Virus record (IMG/VR): IMGVR_UViG_3300045996_001085
Coordinates: 1 to 50,970 of that record
DNA from: a virus
Lineage: Duplodnaviria > Caudoviricetes
Length of the DNA stretch: 50,970 nucleotides
Reading direction: 5' to 3' (one strand)
Position numbers and translations under genes: made by a program
In this document: piece by piece, positions 1 through 9,363 of the stretch
Numbering within the stretch: the first letter of the stretch is position 1
Layout of the letters: the number at the start of each line of letters is the position of its first letter
The notes under the pieces: generated by a model
What the model was told of the DNA's origin: nothing
Database searches by the model: none
The model's input: the letters and a program-made list of their open reading frames with translations, nothing else

Positions 1-192
1 GCCGGGTATCGCATCCATTACGGGACGTTGCCGGAGGAGCCGGTCCATGTGATTCAAATTGAGAACGCCGGCCTCAGTAGCTATGTCGTTCGAGATTTGG
101 CGCCAGGGACCTACTACTTCGGTGTCCGTGCGTACGCGAGCAGCGGCGCAGAGAGCAACCTATCGAACGTGGTGCCGAAGGTCGTGCAGTAA
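1..192 (+). CDS. C-terminal fragment of fibronectin type III domain protein
   Basis: Frame 1 reads AGYRIHYG...YVVRDLAPGTYYFGVRAYASSGAESNLSN, a typical FN3 pattern; TAA at 190-192. Confidence 0.8.
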   Translation, partial: AGYRIHYGTLPEEPVHVIQIENAGLSSYVVRDLAPGTYYFGVRAYASSGAESNLSNVVPKVVQ

Positions 193-193
193 A

Positions 194-209
194 CGTTTCA
201 CATGAAACA
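194..209. promoter_or_regulatory. parS-like palindrome CGTTTCACATGAAACA
   Basis: 14/16 match to the bacterial parS consensus TGTTTCACGTGAAACA; intergenic. Confidence 0.55.
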
Positions 210-232
210 GTTGTTTTGCTGAGTCATCGCTG

Positions 233-577
233 ATGACGCTCAAAGATCACCTGAGAAGTGCCGAGCGTATGTATTGGCGCACTCAGCTTGATTCGGGGCA
301 GTCTATGCGTGAGATCGCCCGTGCCTCGGGGTTGAGCTACCGACAGATTTATTGCCGCATGCGCAAGGTTGGCGTGCGCACCGAACGAAAAGGCAACAAC
401 GTGAAACCTCGGGGCCGGCTTCTCAGTGCGGAGGACAGTGCCAGTTTCTTGCTCTTGTCACCTAACGAAAGAGCAACTGTCATCGGCGTGATCGTAGACG
501 AGCTGCGTGCTAAGGAATCCAAGGCGATCGGCCGCATGCGTGGCTTGCATAGACCAAAGCCGACGGCGCACGTGTGA
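233..577 (+). CDS. Fis-like helix-turn-helix protein
   Basis: SMREIARASGLSYRQIYCRMRKVG HTH pattern. Confidence 0.6.
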   Translation: MTLKDHLRSAERMYWRTQLDSGQSMREIARASGLSYRQIYCRMRKVGVRTERKGNNVKPRGRLLSAEDSASFLLLSPNERATVIGVIVDELRAKESKAIGRMRGLHRPKPTAHV

Positions 578-1522
578 ATGGGTATTCTGATCTTGCGCTC
601 GTCTGCCGGGGTCGCGCCCGGTGGCGACTGGGCTGATGTTTTCACCACGGCAGCTAACGCCTATACCCAGCTTGGCACCGACGGTCGAATCGTAGGGATC
701 CGAGGATCATCGACGAGTGATTACGCCGCGAGCGTAACGCCAGATAATGGCGGTTCGGTTACGCGGCTTGCGAATAGCTCGTTCGATTCTGCTGAGGACG
801 CGCTGCATGTTGTGCCTCCGGATGCTGAGCCCGGTGGCGGAGCGCAGTACTGCGGGATTCTTGTTGGCGTACAACTCACGCCGTCAGGCGTCAATACTAT
901 TCGCCAATTGAACTGGCGCTGGCTCGCGTATCACGGGTCCACGTACTGGAGTCACTCGAGCAACAGCAAAGTGACCGGCGTGTTGATGTCGGCCGTCAAC
1001 TCGTCGCCGGGCGCGAGCGTCAAGCGGGCCGCTATCTTCGACCAGCAGTGGGCTCCACCGACGGAAGAGCAGAAAGTTTTCGGTGTCACCTACGGTACGA
1101 CGCAGAGCTACCACGAGCCCGATTCGGGCATCGATGCGGGTGACGAAGAGGACAAGCTCTTCTACCTACGCAGCTCAGCGAATCATTCTAACGATCCGCC
1201 GATATTGGGTGCTGAGTGGGTGTGCTTTGAGCAGGTAGTCACGACGCCTGGCTATAACGGCCAAACGGATGGCCGGAATAAGCTCTACGTCTGGACTCGC
1301 GACGGCCTGGTGAGCGCGGCATCGCTTGATATTCCGTTTAGCTACGCCGGAGACTATGACCCGACGAAGATCTACATCACGGACACGGAATATCTCGGCG
1401 GCTACTTCAACGACGCTGGCCTCGCGGATCCAGACAATTTCATGCGCTACTCACACTGCGCATTCGCGTCGAACATGGGCGCAAGCGATGTGATCGGCCC
1501 GCCGCCGGGGTTTTTGCTCTAG
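578..1522 (+). CDS. Hypothetical beta-rich protein, possibly carbohydrate-binding or virion-associated
   Basis: 314 aa, aromatic/Gly/Asp rich, tightly coupled to neighbours. Confidence 0.45.
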   Translation: MGILILRSSAGVAPGGDWADVFTTAANAYTQLGTDGRIVGIRGSSTSDYAASVTPDNGGSVTRLANSSFDSAEDALHVVPPDAEPGGGAQYCGILVGVQLTPSGVNTIRQLNWRWLAYHGSTYWSHSSNSKVTGVLMSAVNSSPGASVKRAAIFDQQWAPPTEEQKVFGVTYGTTQSYHEPDSGIDAGDEEDKLFYLRSSANHSNDPPILGAEWVCFEQVVTTPGYNGQTDGRNKLYVWTRDGLVSAASLDIPFSYAGDYDPTKIYITDTEYLGGYFNDAGLADPDNFMRYSHCAFASNMGASDVIGPPPGFLL

Positions 1523-2088
1523 TGCATTACGTTGTCACCGGCTTTCCGCGCAGTGGCACGAGCATGATGATGCGGTGCCTGCAGTTTGCCGGCATCAAGC
1601 CAGTCGTGAGTGCAGCTCGTGACGCCGCCATGGTGAAACGAAACCAGGGCGATTACCCGGCGAACCCGTACGGATTTTTTGAAGTCGACGAGCGCGATTA
1701 CATGCGCATCGGCTATCTCGATGCCATTGAAGATGGGATGGCCATCAAGCTGCTGCCGCCGGCTCTGCCGTTCATTCCGACCAGGCCAACGGTTGTAATT
1801 TGGATGCATCGTGACGCGCAGGAAGTAAAAGCGAGTTACGAACGAGTCTTCTCGCCACAGGAGTTTGAGAAGAAGTTTTCTGGGTGGCCGCGAACGATCG
1901 ATCAGCAAGTCAAGCACATCCGGCCGATCCTGCAGGATCGCCGGAGCATCCATCTGTTTGATTTCGATTATCGCGATGTCGTTGCCGATCCGCTGAAAGC
2001 CTTGAGTGTCTTGCCCATCGACTACCAGCGAGCTGTTGCCGCCGTTGATCCTGCCCTCTATCGCAATGTGAATCATGGCCACGTTTAA
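1522..2088 (+). CDS. Sulfotransferase family protein
   Basis: 5'-PSB motif VTGFPRSGTS and 3'-PB-like MHRDAQEVKASY; later YRDVVADP. Confidence 0.75.
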   Translation: MHYVVTGFPRSGTSMMMRCLQFAGIKPVVSAARDAAMVKRNQGDYPANPYGFFEVDERDYMRIGYLDAIEDGMAIKLLPPALPFIPTRPTVVIWMHRDAQEVKASYERVFSPQEFEKKFSGWPRTIDQQVKHIRPILQDRRSIHLFDFDYRDVVADPLKALSVLPIDYQRAVAAVDPALYRNVNHGHV

Positions 2089-2710
2089 TCTTGCCATCAC
2101 GTCGGACGCTGACGACGGGCACGAAGCGGATGGCGCTGATTGGTTCGATAGAGAGGCTGAGGGCTATTCGCAGGGTGAGTATTTCAGTGTCCTGCAGACC
2201 AACAACGCGGCGACGGATCGTCTAGCAGCTTTACGGTTTGCGTCTACCGGCATTCCCCAGGGCGCCACGATCACAAGCGCGATTCTGACGCTGACGATCA
2301 CTGCCGTCTCGAGCGTTGATCCCACTAACTCTGTGTTGCTGGTCACAGGCGATGATGTGGACGACTCGCCTGCGCTGAGCGGCACTCATCGGCCGAGCTC
2401 GGGCTGGACGAACACCACGGCGACCGCCACGGCCAACAACATGGCCGTCGGTCCGCTTGAGGTTAACGTCACGACGATTGTCCAGGAGATCGTCAATCGG
2501 CCCGGATTCTCTGGTGGTGCAATTGCATTCAAGCTGGGCTTCAGCGGCTCAGACACGTATTGGGACGTCAATTTCGCGGACTATGACGCCGACACGCTGG
2601 CGACGGTTGCTCAGCTGGATGTGATTACGGCGGAGGGTGGCGGTACAGGCAGAGGACGGCTAATCGGCGGGAAACTCGTTGGCGGTAATTTGTTGGTGCG
2701 AAGGCTATGA
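2075..2710 (+). CDS. DNRLRE/CBM96-like beta-sandwich surface protein
   Basis: LRF..IPQGATITSAILTL and IVQEIVNRPGF motifs; Gly/Arg-rich C-terminal tail. Confidence 0.55.
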   Translation: MATFNLAITSDADDGHEADGADWFDREAEGYSQGEYFSVLQTNNAATDRLAALRFASTGIPQGATITSAILTLTITAVSSVDPTNSVLLVTGDDVDDSPALSGTHRPSSGWTNTTATATANNMAVGPLEVNVTTIVQEIVNRPGFSGGAIAFKLGFSGSDTYWDVNFADYDADTLATVAQLDVITAEGGGTGRGRLIGGKLVGGNLLVRRL

Positions 2711-3648
2711 GAGACATCACCATCGGCGAAACGATCGATATCAAGTTCTGTACTACAGAACCTGATACCGGTGCGCCTGCAACGCTCTCCGGTACGCCCG
2801 TTGTCTCTGCCTACGTTGGCAACTCGACGACACAGATCACTGCGGGCATCACGCTCTCTGTGGATTTCGATGGCGTGACTGGGCTGAACAACGTTCGCGT
2901 TGTGGCGACCACGGGTAATGGGTATGCCGATGGGACTGATGTCTCGCTGGTGATCACGACGGGGACGGTGGATGGCAATAGCGCTGTCGGGTACGTGATC
3001 GAGAATTTCACGATCGGACGCAGCGCGGGTAACACCGCGGTCAAGCCGGTTGCTCGCGCCACGTACCTCGTCGACACGACCATCGCCTCGCTCTCCAGTC
3101 AGACGAGTTTCACGCTCACCGCTGGCTCAGCAGATAACGATGCATACAACGGCATGGCGTTCATTTTCACCGATGCAAGCACTGCGGTTCAAAAGGGCGT
3201 TGCATTTTGTTCGGACTACGTCGGCAGCACGCGCACAGTGACGCTGGAAGCTGCACCAGGCTTCACCATTGCGACCAGCGATCTGGTTACGGTGGTGCCG
3301 GCTGGCAGTTCGACTAGTGCGCCATTGGCTGCGAACGTGACGCAGGTGGCCGGAGCCGCGGTTAACACTTCGAGTGCTCAGCTGGGCGTCAACGTGGTGA
3401 ATGCGGCCGGAACTGCCTGGGGATCCGGCGCGATCACGGCGGGGGCAATCGCATCGAACGCTCTTACATCCGCCAAGTTTGCGTCTGACGCCATCACGGC
3501 GGCGAAGGTTGCGGCGGACGTGGGTACCGAGATTGCTGCTGCGGTGCTGACGGCTGCAGCCGCAGACCCCATCGACGCGAACGTTGAGCAGATCAACACC
3601 GTGGCCATCACGGGCGATGGCCAGACTGGAACTGAGTTCTCGGTGTAG
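2707..3648 (+). CDS. Fibre-like virion structural protein
   Basis: Ala/Thr/Gly rich; repeats NVTQVAG/NVVNAAG/NVEQINT and 10-aa AIT(A/S)AK-type repeats. Confidence 0.55.
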   Translation: MRDITIGETIDIKFCTTEPDTGAPATLSGTPVVSAYVGNSTTQITAGITLSVDFDGVTGLNNVRVVATTGNGYADGTDVSLVITTGTVDGNSAVGYVIENFTIGRSAGNTAVKPVARATYLVDTTIASLSSQTSFTLTAGSADNDAYNGMAFIFTDASTAVQKGVAFCSDYVGSTRTVTLEAAPGFTIATSDLVTVVPAGSSTSAPLAANVTQVAGAAVNTSSAQLGVNVVNAAGTAWGSGAITAGAIASNALTSAKFASDAITAAKVAADVGTEIAAAVLTAAAADPIDANVEQINTVAITGDGQTGTEFSV

Positions 3649-3651
3649 CCC

Positions 3652-4077
3652 ATGGCCATTGGTGCCATCTGGGGCGATATCTGGAACGAGGCCATATGGA
3701 ACACGGCTATCTGGGCGCAAGAAGCAGGCGAAGACGACCCGGTTCCGGTGTTCGACGGCCCGAGCGTTGGGACGCTGGTCCTGCTGGTCGATGAGGCGAT
3801 GTCCTCAATCGACTTCTCGGCCCGGTTCTCTCACAGCACTGATTCGCTGACGTACGAGATCACTGGGACCCTGCCGGCAGGGCTGGCATTCACGACCGAT
3901 ACACTGGCCGGGACGCCGACAGAGACGGGCACCTTCGGCGGGCTGGTCGTGACAGCGACGGACGAGAACACTGACACGGCGGTGAGCGACACGTTCACGA
4001 TTCGGGTCGTCGCAGAGTTCGCAAACATTCGTCCCTATCGCGGGCTGCGCGGCAAAGGCATTCGCAACTACTGGTGA
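3652..4077 (+). CDS. Putative Ig (He_PIG-like) domain protein
   Basis: GTLPAGLAF..TLAGTPTETGTF..VVTATD motif; N-terminal IW repeats. Confidence 0.7.
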   Translation: MAIGAIWGDIWNEAIWNTAIWAQEAGEDDPVPVFDGPSVGTLVLLVDEAMSSIDFSARFSHSTDSLTYEITGTLPAGLAFTTDTLAGTPTETGTFGGLVVTATDENTDTAVSDTFTIRVVAEFANIRPYRGLRGKGIRNYW

Positions 4078-4090
4078 TCTATGGTGATCT

Positions 4091-4432
4091 ATGGCAACAC
4101 CTGACCACATGGGCAACTGCCTGCGCTACGTCGATGGCGAGGGCACCAACGACAATGACGTTGTCATCCAGACCGGTGACGTGTCCTCGTACAACGAATT
4201 CACATTGCAGGCGACGGATGGAGCCGTGGATGTGTTCATCTCTTTGGATGGGACCAACTACTCGACCGCCCCGCTGTCGCTCATCGACCTGGGTGCCACA
4301 ACCAGTGACCCGGTGGTGGTGACCGCCGCCGATCGCACCTATGCATTCTTTGGCCGGTTCGCCCTGATCCGCATCTTGCAGAACGGCGGTACTGCGGTTG
4401 CCGGCTGCACGCTGGTGTGCGCCAAGGCGTAA
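4091..4432 (+). CDS. Small beta-sandwich hypothetical protein, likely virion
   Basis: 113 aa, VFISLDGTNY motif, in operon. Confidence 0.45.
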   Translation: MATPDHMGNCLRYVDGEGTNDNDVVIQTGDVSSYNEFTLQATDGAVDVFISLDGTNYSTAPLSLIDLGATTSDPVVVTAADRTYAFFGRFALIRILQNGGTAVAGCTLVCAKA

Positions 4433-4435
4433 ACC

Positions 4436-4840
4436 ATGCGAAGCATCGTTTGGGATGGCGACAACGCCGCTGAGGTTGAGCAACTGCTCGGCCAGCATCT
4501 TGCTCGCGCCGACAAAGCCGGTGACAAGCTGACGCTGATTGGCATCGGGCTGAGTGTCGAGCTCGCATTGGGCGACACGGTCCTGCTGGACGGCGAACGC
4601 CTTGGCATCGTTCGCGCTGGCGTCGGCATTCCTGAAGACTTCATCACCTGGAATGGCAGCAACCTGCCAGCCTTCGAAGCGTTCCTGAAACCCTACGGCG
4701 TAAACCTTCTCGTTGAAGGCGAGCGACTGAGCATCTACGGCGGGTTCCAGCACATCGCGACCCTGAACCGCGGCGATCGGGTCGAGCGCAAGAACGGCCA
4801 GATGGTTGTCAGCCGCGCCGGCAAAGATCACAGGCATTGA
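4436..4840 (+). CDS. Hypothetical protein with internal tandem duplication
   Basis: WDGDNAAEVEQLL...LALGDTV versus WNGSNLPAFEAFL...LNRGDRV. Confidence 0.5.
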   Translation: MRSIVWDGDNAAEVEQLLGQHLARADKAGDKLTLIGIGLSVELALGDTVLLDGERLGIVRAGVGIPEDFITWNGSNLPAFEAFLKPYGVNLLVEGERLSIYGGFQHIATLNRGDRVERKNGQMVVSRAGKDHRH

Positions 4841-4850
4841 GGAAACTATC

Positions 4851-5378
4851 GTGAGTGACGAGGCCCAGGAGACTCGGCCTATTGGGCGACCAAGCGGCTA
4901 CACGCAAGAGATTGCAAGCCGCATCTGTGAAGAACTGGCCAAGGGCCGGTCACTTCGGTCGGTGTGTAAAGCAGACGATATGCCCTGCATGTCTACGGTG
5001 TTCAACTGGCTGCACTCATTCCCCGAGTTCTTGGAGCAATACACGCGCGCGAAGGAAGAGTCGGCCGATGCCCTGGTCGACGAGATGCTGGACATCGCCG
5101 ACGATGCAGCGAACGACTGGATGGAAGTCCACGACAAGGACAATCCTGGCTATCGTCTGAACGGCGAGGCGATCAATCGCTCCCGGCTCAGGGTGGATAC
5201 GCGTAAGTGGATTGCCGCGAAGCTCAAGCCGAAGAAGTACGGGGAACGGGTGCAGACTGAACTGACCGGCAAGGACGGCGGCCCAATCGAAACCGCTGAC
5301 GTATCCGAAACCGAGATTGCCCGCCGGCTGGCGTTCGCGCTTCAGAAGGGCGCGCAGGCTCAGGACAAGACGCACTGA
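4851..5378 (+). CDS. terS: Terminase small subunit (Sf6 gp1-like)
   Basis: GRPSGYTQEIASRICEELAKGRSLRSVC..MP..STVFNWL and RLRVDTRKWIAAKLKPKKYG; GTG start after GAGGA. Confidence 0.85.
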   Translation: MSDEAQETRPIGRPSGYTQEIASRICEELAKGRSLRSVCKADDMPCMSTVFNWLHSFPEFLEQYTRAKEESADALVDEMLDIADDAANDWMEVHDKDNPGYRLNGEAINRSRLRVDTRKWIAAKLKPKKYGERVQTELTGKDGGPIETADVSETEIARRLAFALQKGAQAQDKTH

Positions 5379-5470
5379 TGGCGACCGACTACGACGACCA
5401 CGTGCTCCGGCGTAAGAAGCCGCAGCCGAATCCCAGGCCACGGTAAACCCCTCAACACTGGAGACAGGCG

Positions 5471-6103
5471 ATGCAGACAGTTATCTCGGTGGAGCAGGCA
5501 AGAAAGATTACTGGTGGTCGGACACCGCTGGTTCCTGTCGAATACGAATCCGCGGTTACTGCGTTGCAGGCGTGCATCACAATTGACGAGACAAAGTATT
5601 GGAGTGACAAGGCTGATGCGCTGGCCGCGTGGGCGAAGATATACAGAAACGACGATATTGGTCGCAAGGCTAGACAGCTGAAGCTGCATGCATTCCGGCG
5701 CATGGGTGCCCTGGCCGGCGAACTCAGTCCAACGAAGAACAATGTCGACGGAAAGGGCGGCCGATCTGGGCCAGTCGCCTACCTCAAGAAACAGGGCATG
5801 TCACAGACGAATGCCAGAGCAGCGAGGCAGCTTTCCCTCACGGAGCAATCTAGATTCGACAGTCTCGTTGCTCGGCCACGACCGCCAAGTCCGACTACAG
5901 CTCTGTCTTTCATTGCAGATGTGACTGAAAGCTGGCAGGCGATTCGTCATCCTCTTGCGCAGATGAGATCAATTGTCAAAGCGGAGCGCTCCGCACGCGA
6001 AGTTGCGCGAGCGCTTAGCAAGGATGAGGCGGCAAAGGCGCGTGAAGTGACACGCGAGATTATCGAATGGCTCGACGAGTTCGAGCAGCACCTGCCGAAG
6101 TAA
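5471..6103 (+). CDS. Hypothetical helical, probably DNA-binding, protein
   Basis: YESAVTALQAC..IDETKYWSDKADALAAWAK..AFRRMG resembles a phage domain often fused to methylases; GGAG RBS. Confidence 0.45.
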   Translation: MQTVISVEQARKITGGRTPLVPVEYESAVTALQACITIDETKYWSDKADALAAWAKIYRNDDIGRKARQLKLHAFRRMGALAGELSPTKNNVDGKGGRSGPVAYLKKQGMSQTNARAARQLSLTEQSRFDSLVARPRPPSPTTALSFIADVTESWQAIRHPLAQMRSIVKAERSAREVARALSKDEAAKAREVTREIIEWLDEFEQHLPK

Positions 6104-6201
6104 TGCCACGACGCGGCCGATAGCGTCGACAGCAGCCAGCACGGACCTGGCGCAAGCAGAGTTTCTGACTCACAAGCAGTTTCACTACTGAGGACCCAGT
6201 C

Positions 6202-6600
6202 ATGCCCCGAGGATTTGATGACCTGCAGGTTTCCCTGCATGGCCGACGCACCGGCCTGGACAAAGACGACTTTCTGGCTGCGCGCGGCTACCGCTACGAA
6301 CTGGAGGCAGGCTCGACGGGCACCACGATTCCCAATGGCGGCCTCACGTCGCTGTCGTCCTCGTCGGGCACGTATTCGCTGCAGGCCCCCAAGTCCGGCA
6401 TCGAGAAGATCCTGACCACGCTCACGACTTCGACGCTCGTTCGTCAGGTCACGCTGGCGTCGGGCAACTTCCAGTCCACTGCGGGATCGAGCTTCATCAC
6501 GGCGAGCTTCGACGGCCAGGGCGAGACGCTGACGTTGATCGGCCTCTCAACCGCACTGTTCGGCGTCGTCGGCAACATCGGCGTTTCGCTCAGCACCTAA
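6202..6600 (+). CDS. Ser/Thr-rich putative virion protein
   Basis: About one quarter Ser+Thr, beta-strand pattern, GAGGA RBS. Confidence 0.5.
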   Translation: MPRGFDDLQVSLHGRRTGLDKDDFLAARGYRYELEAGSTGTTIPNGGLTSLSSSSGTYSLQAPKSGIEKILTTLTTSTLVRQVTLASGNFQSTAGSSFITASFDGQGETLTLIGLSTALFGVVGNIGVSLST

Positions 6601-6652
6601 CCCACGCTGGCGCCAACGAGAGTTCGGCGTCGGTTCATCAGGAAGCACAGCT

Positions 6653-7327
6653 ATGAGAATAGCTTTGGTTGGCAGCGCCCCGTCATCGGTGGCGCTAGCC
6701 CCGTTCAATGACGAGTCGTGGCGCATCTGGGGCTGCTCACCGGGTGCATATGGGCATGCGACTCGGGTGAGTGCGTGGTTCGAGCTGCACCGCTGGGAGC
6801 CTGAGAAGCCCTGGTTCAGCCCGGGCTATCGCGAGTGGATGGCTCAGCTCAAGGTGCCGGTGTACATGCTCGAGCAGCGGCCTGAGATTCCGAGCTCGGT
6901 CGCGTATCCGAAGGACAGGATCCTGGAAACGTTCGGGCCGTACTTCTTCACGTCGTCACTAGCGTGGATGTTCGCTCTTGCGCTGTGCCAGGACGGCATT
7001 GAGGAAATCGGGCTGTGGGGTGTCGACATGGCGGCCCACGAGGAATACGGCTATCAGCGCGCCGGCTGTCAGCACTTCATCTGGCTGGCGAAAGAGCGCG
7101 GGATCAAGGTCACGGTTCCGCCGGAGTCGGATCTGTTGCGCCCGCCGCCGTTGTATGCGCTGTCTGAATGCTCGCCGATGCATATTAAGCTGCTGGCGAG
7201 AAAACGCGAGCTGGATGCGCGTCTGTCTGCAAGCAATGCGGCCCATGAGTCGAACGTGCGCGAGAATATGTTTCTGAAGGGCGCTCTCGAAAACCTAGAT
7301 TACATCCTGAAAACATGGACCGAGTGA
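6653..7327 (+). CDS. Maf/MptE-like (GT29/CstII-fold) putative glycosyltransferase
   Basis: N-terminal IALVGSAPS, central TSSLAWMFALA and EIGLWGVDM motifs. Confidence 0.55.
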   Translation: MRIALVGSAPSSVALAPFNDESWRIWGCSPGAYGHATRVSAWFELHRWEPEKPWFSPGYREWMAQLKVPVYMLEQRPEIPSSVAYPKDRILETFGPYFFTSSLAWMFALALCQDGIEEIGLWGVDMAAHEEYGYQRAGCQHFIWLAKERGIKVTVPPESDLLRPPPLYALSECSPMHIKLLARKRELDARLSASNAAHESNVRENMFLKGALENLDYILKTWTE

Positions 7328-7512
7328 TGGGCGGTCTTCTGGAAGCTTACCGACGAGGGAAGTCCAGACTGCACCGCCTTTCGCTCCTGATGGATCGATT
7401 CGCCGAATGGTATTGGCGCGACCCGATCCAGAGAGAACGTCACCGGGTTGAGGTCGACGCGCGCCGATTGGGCGGCACAGTGACATGGCCTGATGACTCA
7501 GCTGCTCGATGA
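7327..7512 (+). CDS. Small hypothetical protein
   Basis: TGATG coupling to upstream gene. Confidence 0.4.
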   Translation: MGGLLEAYRRGKSRLHRLSLLMDRFAEWYWRDPIQRERHRVEVDARRLGGTVTWPDDSAAR

Positions 7513-9085
7513 CATCATCAGCCGGCTGAATGCTCTGCCGGCAAAGGAGAAGGCGCAGGTGGTCAAGGACGTGACTGCCGCGACGGGGCACATGAAGTTC
7601 GTGCCGCTGCCAGGAAGGCAGACAGATGCCTATCTGTCCCGAGCGGACATCACGTTGTTCGGCGGCAAGGCAGGGGTCGGAAAGAGCGGCTTGCTTGTCG
7701 GTCTCGCGCAAGAGCATGACAACACGATCATCTTCCGTCGCGAAGCTGCCCAGACCGACGGTCTTGAACGCTTTGGCAAAGAAATCTACGGAACGGATTC
7801 CTTCAACGGCTCGGATCTCGAATGGAACTGGCCCGGCGGCCGTAGTCTCAAGCTTGCCGGTCTGAAAGAGCCGGATGCATGGCTTAAGCATGCCGGTCGC
7901 GCCCGGGATCTTATGGGCTTCGATGAGGCCGGCGAGTTTCTGGTTCAGCAAGTTGTTTCACTGCTTGCATGGCTTCGCGCAGCTGCGGGCAAGCGCTGCC
8001 GAATGGTGTTTGCGAGCAATCCGCCGCGCACAGCTGAAGGCGCATGGATCATCGAATGGTTCGCCCCCTGGCTGATCGGAAACAACCCAGCAAAGGCTGG
8101 CGAACTGCGTTGGGCGTTCATGGACCCGGATCGAATGATGCCGATCTGGGTAGAGGGTCCACACGTTCGCCAAGAAGGCAATGCGCCGCTTTCGTTCACG
8201 TTTATTCCGGCGGCGCTGGAAGACAATCCATACAACGATACGCCGGAATATCGGGCACGGCTTAATGCGCTGCCTGAGCCGCTGCGTAGTCAGTTGCGCG
8301 ACGGCATCTTCGCTCTCGGCGGTGAGGACGACGAATGGCAGATGATTCCAACGGCGTGGATCAAGGCCGCGCAGGATCGATGGAAGCCGCGGCCACCGGA
8401 CAACGTGCCCATGTGTGCAATCGGCGCTGACGTAGCGCAGGGCGGCGGCGATGACACTGCACTCGCTCCACGTTACGACGGCTATTACGAGCAGATCACG
8501 AAGGTTCCCGGCGCTCATACACCCGGAGGCGCGGAGGTCGCGGGCCTCGTTGTTTCGAAGCGCAAGCATGGCGCCACGATCATTCTAGATGTCGGCGGCG
8601 GTTGGGGCGCAGATGCATACGGCATCTTGCGTGGTGACAACCGCATGGATTCGAAGGAATGCGTCGCGTACATGGGCGTCAAGCCATCAGGCGCACGCTC
8701 GCGCGACAACCTGTTCAAGTTCACGAACGTGCGCAGCCAGCTCTACTGGCAGTTCCGCGAAGCGTTGGATCCGGACCAAGCTGGTGGCTCACCGATCGAT
8801 CTTCCGCCTGACAACGAACTTCTCGCCGATCTCACCGCTGTTCACTACGAGGTCGTCAACCGCGGTCACGAGGGTCAGTTCATCAAGGCGGAGGTGAAGG
8901 AGAAGGTCTGCAAGACGCTGGGGCGCTCGACGAACAAAGGTGATGCCGTGGTGATGTCCTGGTACGCCGGCGCACGCGCGATTGCTCGAGCCCGGCCGCC
9001 ATCGCTTGAGCACGGTGGAATTCGGCATTCCGGGCCGCAAGTGAACTACGGCCCACGCCGGCCTAACGGTATGAGGAGACATTGA
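7493..9085 (+). CDS. terL: Terminase large subunit
   Basis: Walker A GGKAGVGKS, Walker B GFDEA, ASNPP, nuclease IGADVAQGGGDDT. Confidence 0.93.
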   Translation: MTQLLDDIISRLNALPAKEKAQVVKDVTAATGHMKFVPLPGRQTDAYLSRADITLFGGKAGVGKSGLLVGLAQEHDNTIIFRREAAQTDGLERFGKEIYGTDSFNGSDLEWNWPGGRSLKLAGLKEPDAWLKHAGRARDLMGFDEAGEFLVQQVVSLLAWLRAAAGKRCRMVFASNPPRTAEGAWIIEWFAPWLIGNNPAKAGELRWAFMDPDRMMPIWVEGPHVRQEGNAPLSFTFIPAALEDNPYNDTPEYRARLNALPEPLRSQLRDGIFALGGEDDEWQMIPTAWIKAAQDRWKPRPPDNVPMCAIGADVAQGGGDDTALAPRYDGYYEQITKVPGAHTPGGAEVAGLVVSKRKHGATIILDVGGGWGADAYGILRGDNRMDSKECVAYMGVKPSGARSRDNLFKFTNVRSQLYWQFREALDPDQAGGSPIDLPPDNELLADLTAVHYEVVNRGHEGQFIKAEVKEKVCKTLGRSTNKGDAVVMSWYAGARAIARARPPSLEHGGIRHSGPQVNYGPRRPNGMRRH

Positions 9086-9363
9086 TGACTGGACTTCACA
9101 AGACTGCCAACAAGGTTATCCCGAAAGAGAACTGGCTGCTGCGCGCTAACCCTGCGGCCAAGAAGATCAACGAAGAAAACATGAGAACCCACGAGAGCCT
9201 CAACGCACGCATGAATCCGGAGCGTCCTCCGGAAGAGGCTCCGATACCGATGCCGGACGAGGAAGAGATCAAGCGCGCCAAGCGTCGCGGGCAGACGGCT
9301 CGCGGGGGAGGTCGCGCATCGACCATTCTCACGGGCGGCGACCAGGAGCGTCTCGGCGGATGA
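9085..9363 (+). CDS. Small pre-portal virion protein
   Basis: PMPDEE..RGGGRASTILTG..LGG typical of the gene preceding T7/BPP-1-like portals. Confidence 0.6.
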   Translation: MTGLHKTANKVIPKENWLLRANPAAKKINEENMRTHESLNARMNPERPPEEAPIPMPDEEEIKRAKRRGQTARGGGRASTILTGGDQERLGG

